Assembly (NCBI GenBank): GCA_037439785.1
Contig: JBBIVJ010000015.1
Span: 19,573-83,572, forward strand
Reading direction: 5' to 3'
DNA from: Verrucomicrobiales bacterium
GTDB taxonomy: Bacteria; Verrucomicrobiota; Verrucomicrobiia; Limisphaerales; J093
Length of the DNA: 64,000 bases
In this document: positions 1 to 9,433 of the stretch, piece after piece
Layout of the letters: every line of letters starts with the position of its first letter
How positions within the stretch are numbered: the stretch's first letter is position 1
The notes under the pieces: generated by a model
What the model was told of the DNA's origin: nothing
The model's input: only the letters and a program-made list of their open reading frames with translations
Databases searched by the model: none
Translations under genes and position numbers: made by a program

Positions 1-1644
1 AACGCCCAGCTCACCCTCGACATCCAGCGCAGCCAGACCAACAGCGACATCAGCGCCGCTCTGCTCAAACTCGATCTGGCCAAGCTGGACCTGGACAAGT
101 TCGAGCGCGGCCAGGCCTACGTCTCGCTGCTCCAGGCCAGCAACCGCTTCCTCCAGGCGGAGGCCCAGCTCAAGGTCAGCGAGGAAAACTTCCGCAACTC
201 GACCAACCTCTACGCCAAAGACTACGAGACCAAGCAGAAGGTGGACAGCGACTGGCTGTCCCTGCTCAACGGCTACAACTCCCTCATTGTGGCCAGCAAC
301 GACATCTTCCTGTTGCGCGAATTTGACCTCCGCAAACAGCGCGCCCAGTACGAGGCCGCCGTCGCCGAGGCCCAGAAGGAACTGGACCGCGTCCTGCAGC
401 AAAGCGAGCGGCGCATCGCCCAGTACGAAGCCGACCTGCGCACCCAGATCACCACCCTCGACCTGAACCTGCGCAAACTGGAGCGGGACGAAAAGAACCT
501 CACCGCCTGCAAGATTTTCGCCCCCCAGGACGGCCTGGTGGTGTTCGCCGTGAGCGAAAACCGCTTCAGTGCCGAGTCGCTCATCGAGGAGGGCGCCACC
601 GTGCGCAACCGCCAGGAGTTGATCAAATTGCCCAACACCGCGCGGATGAAGGTCACCGTCAAAATCCACGAGTCCAACATCAACCTCATCCGCGCCGGCC
701 AGCCCGCCCTGGTGGTGCTGGACTCGATGCCCGACCAGTCCTTCCGCGCCGTGGTGGACCGCGTGGCCCTGCTCCCCGACTCCCAGGCCCGCTGGGGCAA
801 CCCCAACCTCAAGGTGTACAACACCGAGGTCGTCGTCACCGACCCCCTGCCCGACGTCAAACCCGGCGTCTCCGCCAAGGCCGAGATCATCATCACCAAC
901 ATCGCCAACGCGCTGTCCATCCCCATCCAGGCCGTGACCACCCTCAAGGGCCGCCAGGTCGCCTATGCCCTGCGTGGGAACCGCGCCGAACCCCGTCCGG
1001 TAGAAGTCGGCCTCTTCAACACCAAGTTCGTCCAGATCCTCTCCGGCCTGGAAGCCGGCGACCGCGTCCTCCTCGCGCCCCCGTTGGATACGGGCGGCCG
1101 CGACCTCGAGGGCAGCCTCCTGGCCGAGGACGAAAAGGCCCGCTCCCTGGCCACCAATCCCCCGCCGGCCCGGGCGGCCAGCGTCGTGCCCGCCGCCACG
1201 GCCGCCGCCCCGGGCAACGGCCCCCGCCTCGCGGCTGCCGACACCGAGGCCGCCCCCGCTCCCGGCGCTGGCGAGCCCGCTTCCCCACCCCGTGCCACCC
1301 CACCGGCCGCGGCAGGACTCGCCAACGGCGGCGGACCGGGCGGACCGGCAGGCCCGGGCGGTTTCGACCGCGAAGCCATGATGAAGGAATTTGACAAGAA
1401 TGGGGACGGCCAGCTCGACGAGGAGGAGCGCACGGCCATGCGTGAGACGATGCGCCAGCGTTTCGGCGGTGCCGGCGGCCCGGGCGGCGCTGGCCGGGGC
1501 GCGGGGTTCAACCGCGAAGAGATGCTCCGTCGCTTCGATCACAACGGCGACGGCGAGCTGGACGATCAGGAGCGGGAGGCCATGCGCGCCGAATTTGGCC
1601 GCAACCGCAGCCGCACCAACGCTCCGCCCCGCTCCGAGCCATGA
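1..1644 (+). CDS. HlyD/MacA-family efflux periplasmic adaptor subunit (5' end outside window) with a C-terminal Pro/Ala/Gly-rich linker and two EF-hand loops
   Basis: Frame 1 is open from nt 1, and track ORF 241..1644 is its in-frame continuation. Long coiled-coil segment followed by barrel-like segments (ACKIFAPQDGLVVF, VKIHESNINLIRAGQPALVVLD). ATGA overlap at 1641 with a MacB-type ATPase. C-terminus carries DKNGDGQLDEEE and DHNGDGELDDQE. Confidence 0.8.
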   Translation, partial: NAQLTLDIQRSQTNSDISAALLKLDLAKLDLDKFERGQAYVSLLQASNRFLQAEAQLKVSEENFRNSTNLYAKDYETKQKVDSDWLSLLNGYNSLIVASNDIFLLREFDLRKQRAQYEAAVAEAQKELDRVLQQSERRIAQYEADLRTQITTLDLNLRKLERDEKNLTACKIFAPQDGLVVFAVSENRFSAESLIEEGATVRNRQELIKLPNTARMKVTVKIHESNINLIRAGQPALVVLDSMPDQSFRAVVDRVALLPDSQARWGNPNLKVYNTEVVVTDPLPDVKPGVSAKAEIIITNIANALSIPIQAVTTLKGRQVAYALRGNRAEPRPVEVGLFNTKFVQILSGLEAGDRVLLAPPLDTGGRDLEGSLLAEDEKARSLATNPPPARAASVVPAATAAAPGNGPRLAAADTEAAPAPGAGEPASPPRATPPAAAGLANGGGPGGPAGPGGFDREAMMKEFDKNGDGQLDEEERTAMRETMRQRFGGAGGPGGAGRGAGFNREEMLRRFDHNGDGELDDQEREAMRAEFGRNRSRTNAPPRSEP

Positions 1645-2432
1645 ACTCGGTTGCGTCCCCCCCCGCGCCGCACCCCCCCCCCGCCGCGCCGCCGCCCGGC
1701 GCGGGCGATGGCCGGCCGATCATCGGATTACAGGCCATCCACAAGATTTACGCCCTGGGAGAGGAGGCTCAGGTGCACGCCCTGCGCGGGGTGGACCTGG
1801 CCATCACCGCCGGCTCCTACCTGGCCATCATGGGCCCCTCCGGCTCCGGCAAATCCACCCTCCTGAACCTGCTGGGCTGCCTGGACCGCCCCACTGCCGG
1901 CCGCTATTTCCTGGGCGGGGAGGATGTGTCCCAGATGAGTGACGACCAGCTCTCCGAGGTCCGCGGCCGCCGCATCGGCTTCATTTTTCAGTCCTACAAT
2001 CTCATCCCCCAGCTCAGCGTGCTGGAGAACATCCAGGTGCCCCTGCTGTACCAGGGTCTGGACCTGCGAGCGTACGAGGACCGGTGCGTCGAGCTGGCCC
2101 GGCTGGTGGGCCTGGGCGACCGCCTGCACCACCGCCCCAACCAGCTCTCCGGCGGCCAGCAACAGCGCGTGGCCATCGCGCGGTCGCTGGTCAACGACCC
2201 GCTGATGATCCTGGCCGACGAACCCACCGGCAACCTGGACTCGAAAACCGGCGCGGAGGTGCTCGACCTCATTGACCGGCTCAACCACCAGGGCAAGACC
2301 ATCGTCCTGGTCACGCACGACGACCGCGTCGCCTCCCGCGCCCACCGCGTCATTCACATGCGCGACGGCCTGATTGACCGGGAGGTCCTCAACCGTCCCG
2401 CCCCCGGCCGCGCCGCCTCCGCCCATGCTTAG
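1641..2432 (+). CDS. MacB/LolD-type ABC transporter ATP-binding protein
   Basis: Walker [11 protein letters not shown]-loop FQSYNL, signature [15 protein letters not shown], Walker [13 protein letters not shown]-loop VTHD. Start overlaps the adaptor stop (ATGA). Confidence 0.9.
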   Translation: MNSVASPPAPHPPPAAPPPGAGDGRPIIGLQAIHKIYALGEEAQVHALRGVDLAITAGSYLAIMGPSGSGKSTLLNLLGCLDRPTAGRYFLGGEDVSQMSDDQLSEVRGRRIGFIFQSYNLIPQLSVLENIQVPLLYQGLDLRAYEDRCVELARLVGLGDRLHHRPNQLSGGQQQRVAIARSLVNDPLMILADEPTGNLDSKTGAEVLDLIDRLNHQGKTIVLVTHDDRVASRAHRVIHMRDGLIDREVLNRPAPGRAASAHA

Positions 2433-3726
2433 TTTCCAGCTTCTCAGCACCGTCCGGCTGGGCATCAAGAGCCTGCTGCTGCACAAGCTGCGCTCGGGGC
2501 TGACCATGCTGGGCATCATCTTCGGCGTCTGCTCGGTCATCGCCATGCTGGCCATCGGCGAGGGCGCCTCCTACGAGGCCCAGGAAGCCATCAAGAAACT
2601 GGGAAGCAACAACATCCTGGTCCGCAGCCTCAAGCCCCCCGAGGCCTCCCGCCAGCAGGGTGGGGGCGGCGGCCCCGGCCCGCGGGGCTTGAGCCTGAAG
2701 TACGGCCTGACCTACGCCGATGCCGCCCGCCTGCAGCAGACCATCCCCGGGGTGAAGTACGTGGTGCCCATGCGCATCATCCGGGAGAACGTCCGCTTCG
2801 GCCGCAACGAGGTCCCCTGCCAGGTCATTGGTACCCTGCCGGTGTACACGGAGGTGACCCAGGTGGACGTGCTCCGCGGCCGCTTCCTCACCGACCTGGA
2901 CGAGCTGTACAAGAACAACGTCTGCGTCATCACCGCCGGGCTGGCGCGGCGGTTGTTCCCGACCGAGGACCCGATGCAGCATTCGGTGAAGATTGACGCC
3001 TTTTACTACCGGGTGGTGGGCATCATCCAGGAAACCGGCAAGGCCGAGCAGCGCACCCAGACCGGGCCCATGGAGGGCCAGCCGCTGGACAACAACGTGT
3101 ACATCCCCCTGTCCACCTCGCGCACCCGCTTCGGGGAAGTACTCATCCGGCGCCTGGCCGGCAGCATCGAGGCCGAGGAGGTGCAGTTGCACCAGGTCAC
3201 CGTACAGATGGAGGACACCGCCGCTGTCCAGACCGCCGACCCGCAGATTCGCACGCTGCTCAAGCACTTCCACGACCAGAACGACTACGAGCTGATCGTG
3301 CCGCTGGAGCTGCTGCGCCAGGCCGAGGCCACCAAGCGGCGCTTCAACATCGTCCTGGGCTCGATCGCCGCCATCTCCCTGCTGGTCGGCGGCATCGGCA
3401 TCATGAACATCATGCTGGCCAACGTCACCGAACGCACCCGGGAGATCGGGGTGCGCCGCGCCCTGGGCGCCAAGCGGCGGGACATCACCCTGCAGTTCCT
3501 GGTGGAAACGGTGGTGCTTTCGGTCGGGGGCGGACTTGTCGGCGTGGCCGTGGGCATGCTCACGCCCGTGGTCGTCTCGGTGGCCACCGACATGAAGACC
3601 ATCGTCACCCTCTGGTCGGTGCTGGTGGCCTTTGGCATCTCCGGCGCGGTGGGCATCATCTTCGGCCTGTACCCGGCGCGGGCGGCGGCGTTGCTCGACC
3701 CCATCGAGGCGTTGCGCCACGAGTGA
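2425..3726 (+). CDS. ABC transporter permease, MacB/FtsX family
   Basis: N-terminal TM (LTMLGIIFGVCSVIAMLAIG), large periplasmic domain, and a C-terminal FtsX-type 3-TM bundle (IAAISLLVGGIGIMNIMLANVTERTREIGVRRALGA). The track ORF starts at 2374. I prefer ATG 2425 (MLSFQLL), which overlaps the ATPase stop by 8 nt. Confidence 0.85.
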   Translation: MLSFQLLSTVRLGIKSLLLHKLRSGLTMLGIIFGVCSVIAMLAIGEGASYEAQEAIKKLGSNNILVRSLKPPEASRQQGGGGGPGPRGLSLKYGLTYADAARLQQTIPGVKYVVPMRIIRENVRFGRNEVPCQVIGTLPVYTEVTQVDVLRGRFLTDLDELYKNNVCVITAGLARRLFPTEDPMQHSVKIDAFYYRVVGIIQETGKAEQRTQTGPMEGQPLDNNVYIPLSTSRTRFGEVLIRRLAGSIEAEEVQLHQVTVQMEDTAAVQTADPQIRTLLKHFHDQNDYELIVPLELLRQAEATKRRFNIVLGSIAAISLLVGGIGIMNIMLANVTERTREIGVRRALGAKRRDITLQFLVETVVLSVGGGLVGVAVGMLTPVVVSVATDMKTIVTLWSVLVAFGISGAVGIIFGLYPARAAALLDPIEALRHE

Positions 3727-3795
3727 GGGAGTGCCCCCGGCGGGCGGTGGTCTTCACGCTTGCGCGGCGGGACCACCCCGCCACCATGCCGGGCC

Positions 3796-5082
3796 ATGCG
3801 CCACCGTCCGATCCCGCGCACGTTGTTCCATGAAAACCGCCGCCGGCTGGCGGCCCTGCTGCCGCCGCGTTCGCTGGCCGTGGTCAACGCCAACGACCTG
3901 CTGCCCACCAACGCCGACGGCCGGCTGCGGATGCAGCCCAACTCGGACCTGTTTTACCTCACCGGCATCGAGCAGGAGGAGACGGTGCTGGTGCTGGCGC
4001 CCGACGCCTTCGACGAGAAGCAGCGGGAGATGCTGTTTCTGCGCCAGCCCAACGAGCACCTCAAGGTCTGGGAGGGGCACAAGCTCAGCCCCGACGAGGC
4101 CGGGGCGATCTCCGGCGTGAAGCAGGTGCGCTGGCTCACCGAGCTGCCGGCCGAGCTGCACAAGCTGATGTGCGAGATGGAGCACGTGTACCTCAACGCC
4201 AACGAACACCCCCGGGCGGTCATCGAGGTCGAGACGCGGGAGGCGCGGTTTGTGCGGGCCTTGCAGCGGCGCTACCCCCTGCACGATTACCGGCGGCTGG
4301 CCCCCCTGTTGTCCCGGCTGCGCGTGGTCAAGTCCGACCCCGAGCTGGCCCTGATCCGGGAGGCGTGTGCGCTGACCGGGCGGGGCCTGGCCCGCGTGTT
4401 GCCCCTGGTGCGCCCCGGCGTCAACGAATGCGAAATCGAGGCCGAACTGGCGCGGGAGTTCATCCGCGGCCGCGGCGCCTTTGCCTACCCCCCCATCATT
4501 GCCTCCGGCCCCAATTCCTGCGTCCTGCACTATACCGCCAACGATCGGACCTGCCGCAAGGGGGAGGTGCTGCTGCTGGACGCGGCGGCCAGCTATGCCA
4601 ACTACAATGCGGACCTGACCCGTACCCTGCCGGTGAGCGGCCGGTTCACGCGCCGGCAGCGCCGGGTGTACGACGCGGTGCTGCGCACCCTGCGGGCGAT
4701 GATCCGCGCGGCCACGCCGGGCAAGCTGCACCGGGACTGGCAGCGCGAGGCCGAGGCGCTGCTCACCGAGGAGTGCCTGCGCCTGGGGTTGCTCACCGCC
4801 CGCGAGGTCCGCCGCCAGTCCCCCGACCGGCCGGCGGTGAAGAAGTACTTCATGCACGGCCTGGGGCACGTCATCGGTCTGGATGTCCACGATGTGGGGA
4901 GCTTGCGGGAACCGATCGCCCCCGGCTGGGGGCTCACCGTGGAGCCGGGGTTGTATCTGCCCGCGGAAGGCTTCGGCGTGCGCCTGGAAAACCTGGTCTG
5001 GATCAGCCCGGAGGGACCGGTGGACCTGATGGCGGACCTGCCGCTGGAGGCGGAGGAGATCGAGGCTGCGATGCGGGGCTGA
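3796..5082 (+). CDS. Xaa-Pro aminopeptidase (peptidase M24B family)
   Basis: N-terminal creatinase-like segment (NSDLFYLTGIEQEE) and M24 metal ligand regions (LLLDAAASYANYNADLTRT, HGLGHVIGLDVHD, TVEPGLY, VRLEN). Internal ATG 3796 chosen over track start 3760. Confidence 0.85.
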   Translation: MRHRPIPRTLFHENRRRLAALLPPRSLAVVNANDLLPTNADGRLRMQPNSDLFYLTGIEQEETVLVLAPDAFDEKQREMLFLRQPNEHLKVWEGHKLSPDEAGAISGVKQVRWLTELPAELHKLMCEMEHVYLNANEHPRAVIEVETREARFVRALQRRYPLHDYRRLAPLLSRLRVVKSDPELALIREACALTGRGLARVLPLVRPGVNECEIEAELAREFIRGRGAFAYPPIIASGPNSCVLHYTANDRTCRKGEVLLLDAAASYANYNADLTRTLPVSGRFTRRQRRVYDAVLRTLRAMIRAATPGKLHRDWQREAEALLTEECLRLGLLTAREVRRQSPDRPAVKKYFMHGLGHVIGLDVHDVGSLREPIAPGWGLTVEPGLYLPAEGFGVRLENLVWISPEGPVDLMADLPLEAEEIEAAMRG

Positions 5083-5105
5083 GCCGCCCGGCCGCGGGCG
5101 CCAGC

Positions 5106-6194
5106 TCAGGTGAGGATGCGGCGGGCCTCGTCCAGGAAGATGCCCTTGAAGTTCATCTCGAGGGCCTGGGGGTTGGTGGCCTTGGCCAGCGCCTCCTTTT
5201 CGGTGACGAGGCCCTGCTTGACCAGGTTGAAGAGCGCCTGGTTGAAGGTCTGCATGCCGTCGTCCACACCCACCTCGATGGCGGCGGCGAGTTTTTCGAG
5301 CCGGTTTTCCTCGATGAGTTTCCGGACGGTGCCGGTGTTGATCATGATCTCCAGGGCCGGGATCATGCCGCCGCCGACCTTGTTGACCAGGCGCTGGCAG
5401 ACCACGGCGCGGAGGGTGGCGGCCAGTTGACGGCGGACCTGGTCGCGTTCATCGGGCTTGAAGAAGTCGAGGATGCGACCGATGGCCTGAGAGGCGTTGG
5501 TGGTGTGCAAGGTGGAGAGGACCAGGTGACCGGTGTCCGCGGCGTTGATGGCGGCCATGAAGCTGGTGGCGTCGCGCATCTCGCCGATCATGATGATGTC
5601 CGGGTCCTGGCGCAGGATGTGTTTGAGGCCCATCTCAAAGGAGAGCGAGTCCAGGCCGATTTCCCGCTGTTCGATGACGCACTGGTTGTCCTCGAAGACG
5701 TACTCGATGGGGTCTTCGAGGGTGATGATGTGTTTTTTGAAGTTGGCGTTGATGTGCTCGATCATGGCTGCCAGCGTGGTGGACTTGCCGCAGCCGGTGG
5801 AGCCGGAGACCAGCACGATGCCGCGGGGCGTTTCGGCCAGGGTCTTGAGCACGGGCAGCAGGCCCAGTTCCTCGAAGCTGGGCACCTTGACCTTGACGTA
5901 GCGCATGGCCAGGCACCACTCCCCCTTTTGCTGGAAGACGTTGGTGCGAAACCGGCCGATGCCCGGGGCGGCGTAGGAAAAGTCCACCTCGCGGTCCTCC
6001 TCCAGCCGCTGGCGGGCGTGGCGGGGGACGATCTGGTCCACGACCTTGTTGATCCATTCGAGGGTGGGGAAGGGGGCCTCGATGGCCACCAACTGCCGGT
6101 TGATGCGGAAGATGACCGGGGCTCCCGCCTTGAGGTGCACGTCCGAGGCTCCGCCTTCCACGGCGGTCTGAAGGATGCGCAGGAACAGGTCCAT
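5106..6194 (-). CDS. pilT: Type IV pilus twitching-motility retraction ATPase PilT
   Basis: MDLFLRILQTAVEGGASDVHL N-terminus, Walker A GSTGCGKST, Walker B/Asp box IIMIGEMRD, His box LSTLHT. Length of 362 aa is typical. Confidence 0.9.
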   Translation of the reverse strand: MDLFLRILQTAVEGGASDVHLKAGAPVIFRINRQLVAIEAPFPTLEWINKVVDQIVPRHARQRLEEDREVDFSYAAPGIGRFRTNVFQQKGEWCLAMRYVKVKVPSFEELGLLPVLKTLAETPRGIVLVSGSTGCGKSTTLAAMIEHINANFKKHIITLEDPIEYVFEDNQCVIEQREIGLDSLSFEMGLKHILRQDPDIIMIGEMRDATSFMAAINAADTGHLVLSTLHTTNASQAIGRILDFFKPDERDQVRRQLAATLRAVVCQRLVNKVGGGMIPALEIMINTGTVRKLIEENRLEKLAAAIEVGVDDGMQTFNQALFNLVKQGLVTEKEALAKATNPQALEMNFKGIFLDEARRILT

Positions 6195-6215
6195 GGGCAG
6201 AAACGGCTCCGGCGT

Positions 6216-6539
6216 TCAGGCAACGGAAAAGCGGGAGAGCGCCACCAGTTGACGGCGGGCGGTGGCCGGCAGGTTCAGCAGCCACAGGGCAATGGCGTAG
6301 CCGGTTCGGCACGTGCCCGAACACTCGACCACCACGCCGCGGCTGTGGACCGGTTCCCCCGCGACCGGGGCGTGCACCGCCACCTGCACCTCTGTCCAGA
6401 GGGCCAGGGGACGGTCGGACAGGAACAGCAGGCCGTTTTCGCGGACCACGAAGCGGGTGTGATCGAGCAGCAGGGGGATGCCGTCCGTCGCGGCGTGGTC
6501 GGGGTGGGGGTCCACCGGCTCCGGCAGGTCGCTGGCCAT
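6216..6539 (-). CDS. Hypothetical small protein, possibly PilZ-like
   Basis: 107-aa ORF immediately upstream of and co-directional with pilT (21-nt gap). The C-terminal half (GVVVECSGTCRTGYAIALWLLNLPATARRQL) resembles the second half of PilZ barrels. No RxxxR / DxSxxG c-di-GMP motif is visible. Confidence 0.4.
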   Translation of the reverse strand: MASDLPEPVDPHPDHAATDGIPLLLDHTRFVVRENGLLFLSDRPLALWTEVQVAVHAPVAGEPVHSRGVVVECSGTCRTGYAIALWLLNLPATARRQLVALSRFSVA

Positions 6540-6596
6540 AAGTGACGCGGGAACCCTAACACAGCGAGGAGGGGCGTCAATGATGACGCCCGGCCC

Positions 6597-7634
6597 TCAC
6601 CATTCGATGATCGCGGCCCCCCACGTGAAGCCGGCGCCAAAGACCAGCAGCAGGATCAGGTCGCCCCGCCGGACGCGCCCCGAGGCGACGGCCTCGTCCA
6701 GGGCAATGGCCACCGAGGCGGCGGAGGTGTTGCCATAGCGGTCCACGTTGACAAACACCTGTTCCAGCCGGGCGCCCAGCCGCTCGGCCACGGCGTCAAT
6801 GATCCGGCGGTTGGCCTGGTGGGGGATGACGCAGGCGATCCGGGAAATGTCCAGGTGACAGCGGCGCAGGGCCTCGCGCGCGGCCGCTTCCATGGCCTGG
6901 ACGGCGTGTTTGAACGTTTCCCGCCCGTCCATGCGGATGAAGTGCTGGCGGGCGGTGATGGTTTCTAGCGAGCTGGGCAGCCGGCTGCCCCCACCGGGGA
7001 CGCACAGGACGTTCCCCTTGCTGCCGTCAGCCCCCAGGCAGGTGGTCAGCAGCCCGTGGGCGCCGGGGCGGTGTTGGAGCACGGCCGCCCCCGCGCCGTC
7101 CCCGAACAGCACGCAGGTGTTGCGGTCGGTCCAGTCCACGATGCTGCTGAGTTTTTCCGCGCCGATGACCAGCACCGTTTCGCAGGTGCGGGTCATCACG
7201 AACTGCTGGCCGATCTCCAGGCCATAGATGAACCCCGAGCAGGCGGCCTCAATGTCGAAGGCGGCGGCGCGGCGGGCGCCGATTTTTTTCTGCACCAGGC
7301 AGGCCGTCGAGGGGAAGGGCATGTCGGGCGTGACGGTGGCGGTGATGATGAGGTCCACCGCTTCGGGGGCCACGCCGGCACTGGCCAGGGCCCGGCGGGC
7401 CGCGTGGGCGGCGAGGTCCGACGTGGCCTCGTCCGGGGCGGCCAGCCGGCGCTCGCGGATGCCGGTGCGGGTGCGTATCCACTCGTCCGAGGTGGCCACC
7501 ATTTTCTCGAGGTCCGCGTTGGTGAGGACGCGGGCGGGGACGTAGGAGCCGACGGCGAGGATCGAACAGCTGCGCCCCTGGAAGCCGTGGCGGGCGCGGG
7601 GGTTGGCAAGCGGGGCGGCCGGGGCGGAGCTCAT
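6597..7634 (-). CDS. fabH: Beta-ketoacyl-ACP synthase III
   Basis: Catalytic Cys in AACSGF, His in IPHQANRRI, Asn in GNTSAASV. Overlaps the plsX stop (ATGA type). Confidence 0.93.
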   Translation of the reverse strand: MSSAPAAPLANPRARHGFQGRSCSILAVGSYVPARVLTNADLEKMVATSDEWIRTRTGIRERRLAAPDEATSDLAAHAARRALASAGVAPEAVDLIITATVTPDMPFPSTACLVQKKIGARRAAAFDIEAACSGFIYGLEIGQQFVMTRTCETVLVIGAEKLSSIVDWTDRNTCVLFGDGAGAAVLQHRPGAHGLLTTCLGADGSKGNVLCVPGGGSRLPSSLETITARQHFIRMDGRETFKHAVQAMEAAAREALRRCHLDISRIACVIPHQANRRIIDAVAERLGARLEQVFVNVDRYGNTSAASVAIALDEAVASGRVRRGDLILLLVFGAGFTWGAAIIEW

Positions 7635-8677
7635 GCGGGCGCAGGGTGGGCGGAGGAGGCGGGGGCGAACACCGACGCCGCGTGGCTCAGTTCCTCGGTG
7701 ATGTGCTGGTTGACGCGCTGCTGGATGGTGCGGACGGCCTGGCCGATGGCGTTCATGATCGCCCGTTCACGGGAGGAGCCGTGGGCGATGATGACGTTGC
7801 CGTTGACGCCCAGTAGCGGGGCGCCGCCGTGCATTTCGGGGTCCACGCGCTGTTTGATGCTGCGGAAGGCCCCCTTGGCCAGGACGGCGCCCAGTTGGCG
7901 CTTGGCGCTGCGGCCCAGCTCCCGCCGCAGCCAGCGAAAAAAGCTGGTGGCGAGGCTTTCGCAGGTCTTGAGCACGATGTTGCCCACAAAGCCGTCGCAG
8001 ACCACCACGTCCACGCCGTTCTCGAACAGGTCGTGCCCTTCAACGTTGCCGATAAAGTTCAGCGGGAGCCGGCGGCAGAGCTTGAACGCTTCCTGGGTCA
8101 GTTCGTTGCCCTTCACATCCTCGGTGCCCACGCTGAGCAACCCCACCCGCGGTCGGGCATAGCCCAGGATGTCGCGCGAGTACACGCTGCCCATGATGGC
8201 GAACTGGGCCAGGTGGTGCGGCCGGCATTCCACATTGGCCCCCGCATCCACCAGGACAAAGTCATTCACCGGCGCCGGGATCACCGCCAGGATCGCCGGC
8301 CGTTCGATCCCCGGCAGGGTCCGCAGCTTGAGGGTGGCGGCGGTGACCACTCCGCCGGTGTTGCCGGGCGAGATGAGCGCCTCGACCTGCCGTTCCTTGA
8401 GCAGCCCCATGGCCCGCACGATCGAGCTGTCCTTCTTGCGCCGGACGGCCAACAGCGGCTTGTCCTCCATGGTGAGCACCTCGGAGGCATGGACAATTTC
8501 CAGGCGGGGGTCCCGCGGGCCGCCAGGATGGGCCTCCCAGGCCGTGCGAATCGCCTGCTGGTCCCCCACCAGGTAGAGCCGCGAGAGGGCGGGGTAATGC
8601 CGCAGCGCCAGCCGGGCTCCTTCGACCACCACCCCGCAGCCGTGGTCGGCCCCCATGACGTCCACCGCAATGCGCAT
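7631..8677 (-). CDS. plsX: Phosphate acyltransferase PlsX
   Basis: MRIAVDVMGADHG N-terminus, SPGNTGG and IIAHGSS motifs. Canonical position between rpmF and fabH. Confidence 0.93.
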   Translation of the reverse strand: MRIAVDVMGADHGCGVVVEGARLALRHYPALSRLYLVGDQQAIRTAWEAHPGGPRDPRLEIVHASEVLTMEDKPLLAVRRKKDSSIVRAMGLLKERQVEALISPGNTGGVVTAATLKLRTLPGIERPAILAVIPAPVNDFVLVDAGANVECRPHHLAQFAIMGSVYSRDILGYARPRVGLLSVGTEDVKGNELTQEAFKLCRRLPLNFIGNVEGHDLFENGVDVVVCDGFVGNIVLKTCESLATSFFRWLRRELGRSAKRQLGAVLAKGAFRSIKQRVDPEMHGGAPLLGVNGNVIIAHGSSRERAIMNAIGQAVRTIQQRVNQHITEELSHAASVFAPASSAHPAPA

Positions 8678-8709
8678 AAAACGACGGCGCGGGAGTCAGA
8701 CTCCCGCGC
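8676..8709 (-). terminator. Hairpin between rpmF and plsX (attenuator/terminator-like)
   Basis: 10-bp perfect GC-rich stem (8687-8696 / 8700-8709, 3-nt loop). On the minus strand it is followed by GTCGTTTTAT. Confidence 0.4.
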
Positions 8710-8733
8710 GCCGCGTTTCCCGCCGGGCCGGCC

Positions 8734-8922
8734 TCAGCCGCCGGCTTCCACGGTGAGCACCTGGCGACCGCGATAATACCCGCAGGCGGGGCAAACCCGG
8801 TGCGGGAGGTAGGGCGCGGCACACTGGGGACAGGTGCTCAGTTGGGGGAGTTTCAGCACGCTGTTGTAGGCGCGCCGTTGCCGTTGGCGGCTGTGCGAGG
8901 GTTTGCGTTTCGGGACACCCAT
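8734..8922 (-). CDS. rpmF: 50S ribosomal protein L32
   Basis: MGVPKRKPSHSRQRQRRA N-terminus plus CPQC...CPAC zinc-ribbon pair. 62 aa. Confidence 0.93.
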   Translation of the reverse strand: MGVPKRKPSHSRQRQRRAYNSVLKLPQLSTCPQCAAPYLPHRVCPACGYYRGRQVLTVEAGG

Positions 8923-8935
8923 AGCTTTTTGCGTC

Positions 8936-9418
8936 TCAAAGTTTGAGCCGATCCAGTGCGGACCAGTCGGTCGTGCGGTCCGCCGCCAGCGGCGTGGAGG
9001 TTTCCGCCGGAAGGACGGGCCCGGCCGCTTCTCCCCCGCAGACCGGTTCGCAGTGGGGATGCTGCGGCAGGGCGAGGACCGTATCTTCCCGCAATCGCTG
9101 CGTCAAGTCCACGAGGTCCCCAAGGACCGGCAGGGCCTCGGGCCCGGCGAGGGGAATCTCCGCCGTCCAGGGGGCCAGTACCAGCGCGCGCCGGAACACG
9201 CGCAGGCACCGGGCGCATTGGCAGCTCAGCTCCACCTGCAACGCGCCGTGCAGGAGCAGGATTTCCCCCTCTTGGTGCGCGTGAAAGGCGTACCGGAGCG
9301 GGCTGGTGAGTGCGACGAGGTCGTCGGGGCCGCCCCAGTCGAGTTCTTCCACCGCCAGTTCGCCCTGGACGTGCAGGGTGGTCTCGGCCAGTTGTCGCAA
9401 GTTCAACAGGACAGGCAT
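8936..9418 (-). CDS. yceD: YceD/DUF177 family protein (large-subunit rRNA accumulation protein)
   Basis: 160-aa acidic protein directly upstream of rpmF. CxxC...HPHCEPVC C-terminal cysteines are typical of DUF177. Confidence 0.78.
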   Translation of the reverse strand: MPVLLNLRQLAETTLHVQGELAVEELDWGGPDDLVALTSPLRYAFHAHQEGEILLLHGALQVELSCQCARCLRVFRRALVLAPWTAEIPLAGPEALPVLGDLVDLTQRLREDTVLALPQHPHCEPVCGGEAAGPVLPAETSTPLAADRTTDWSALDRLKL

Positions 9419-9433
9419 GGGGGCAGCACGGGG

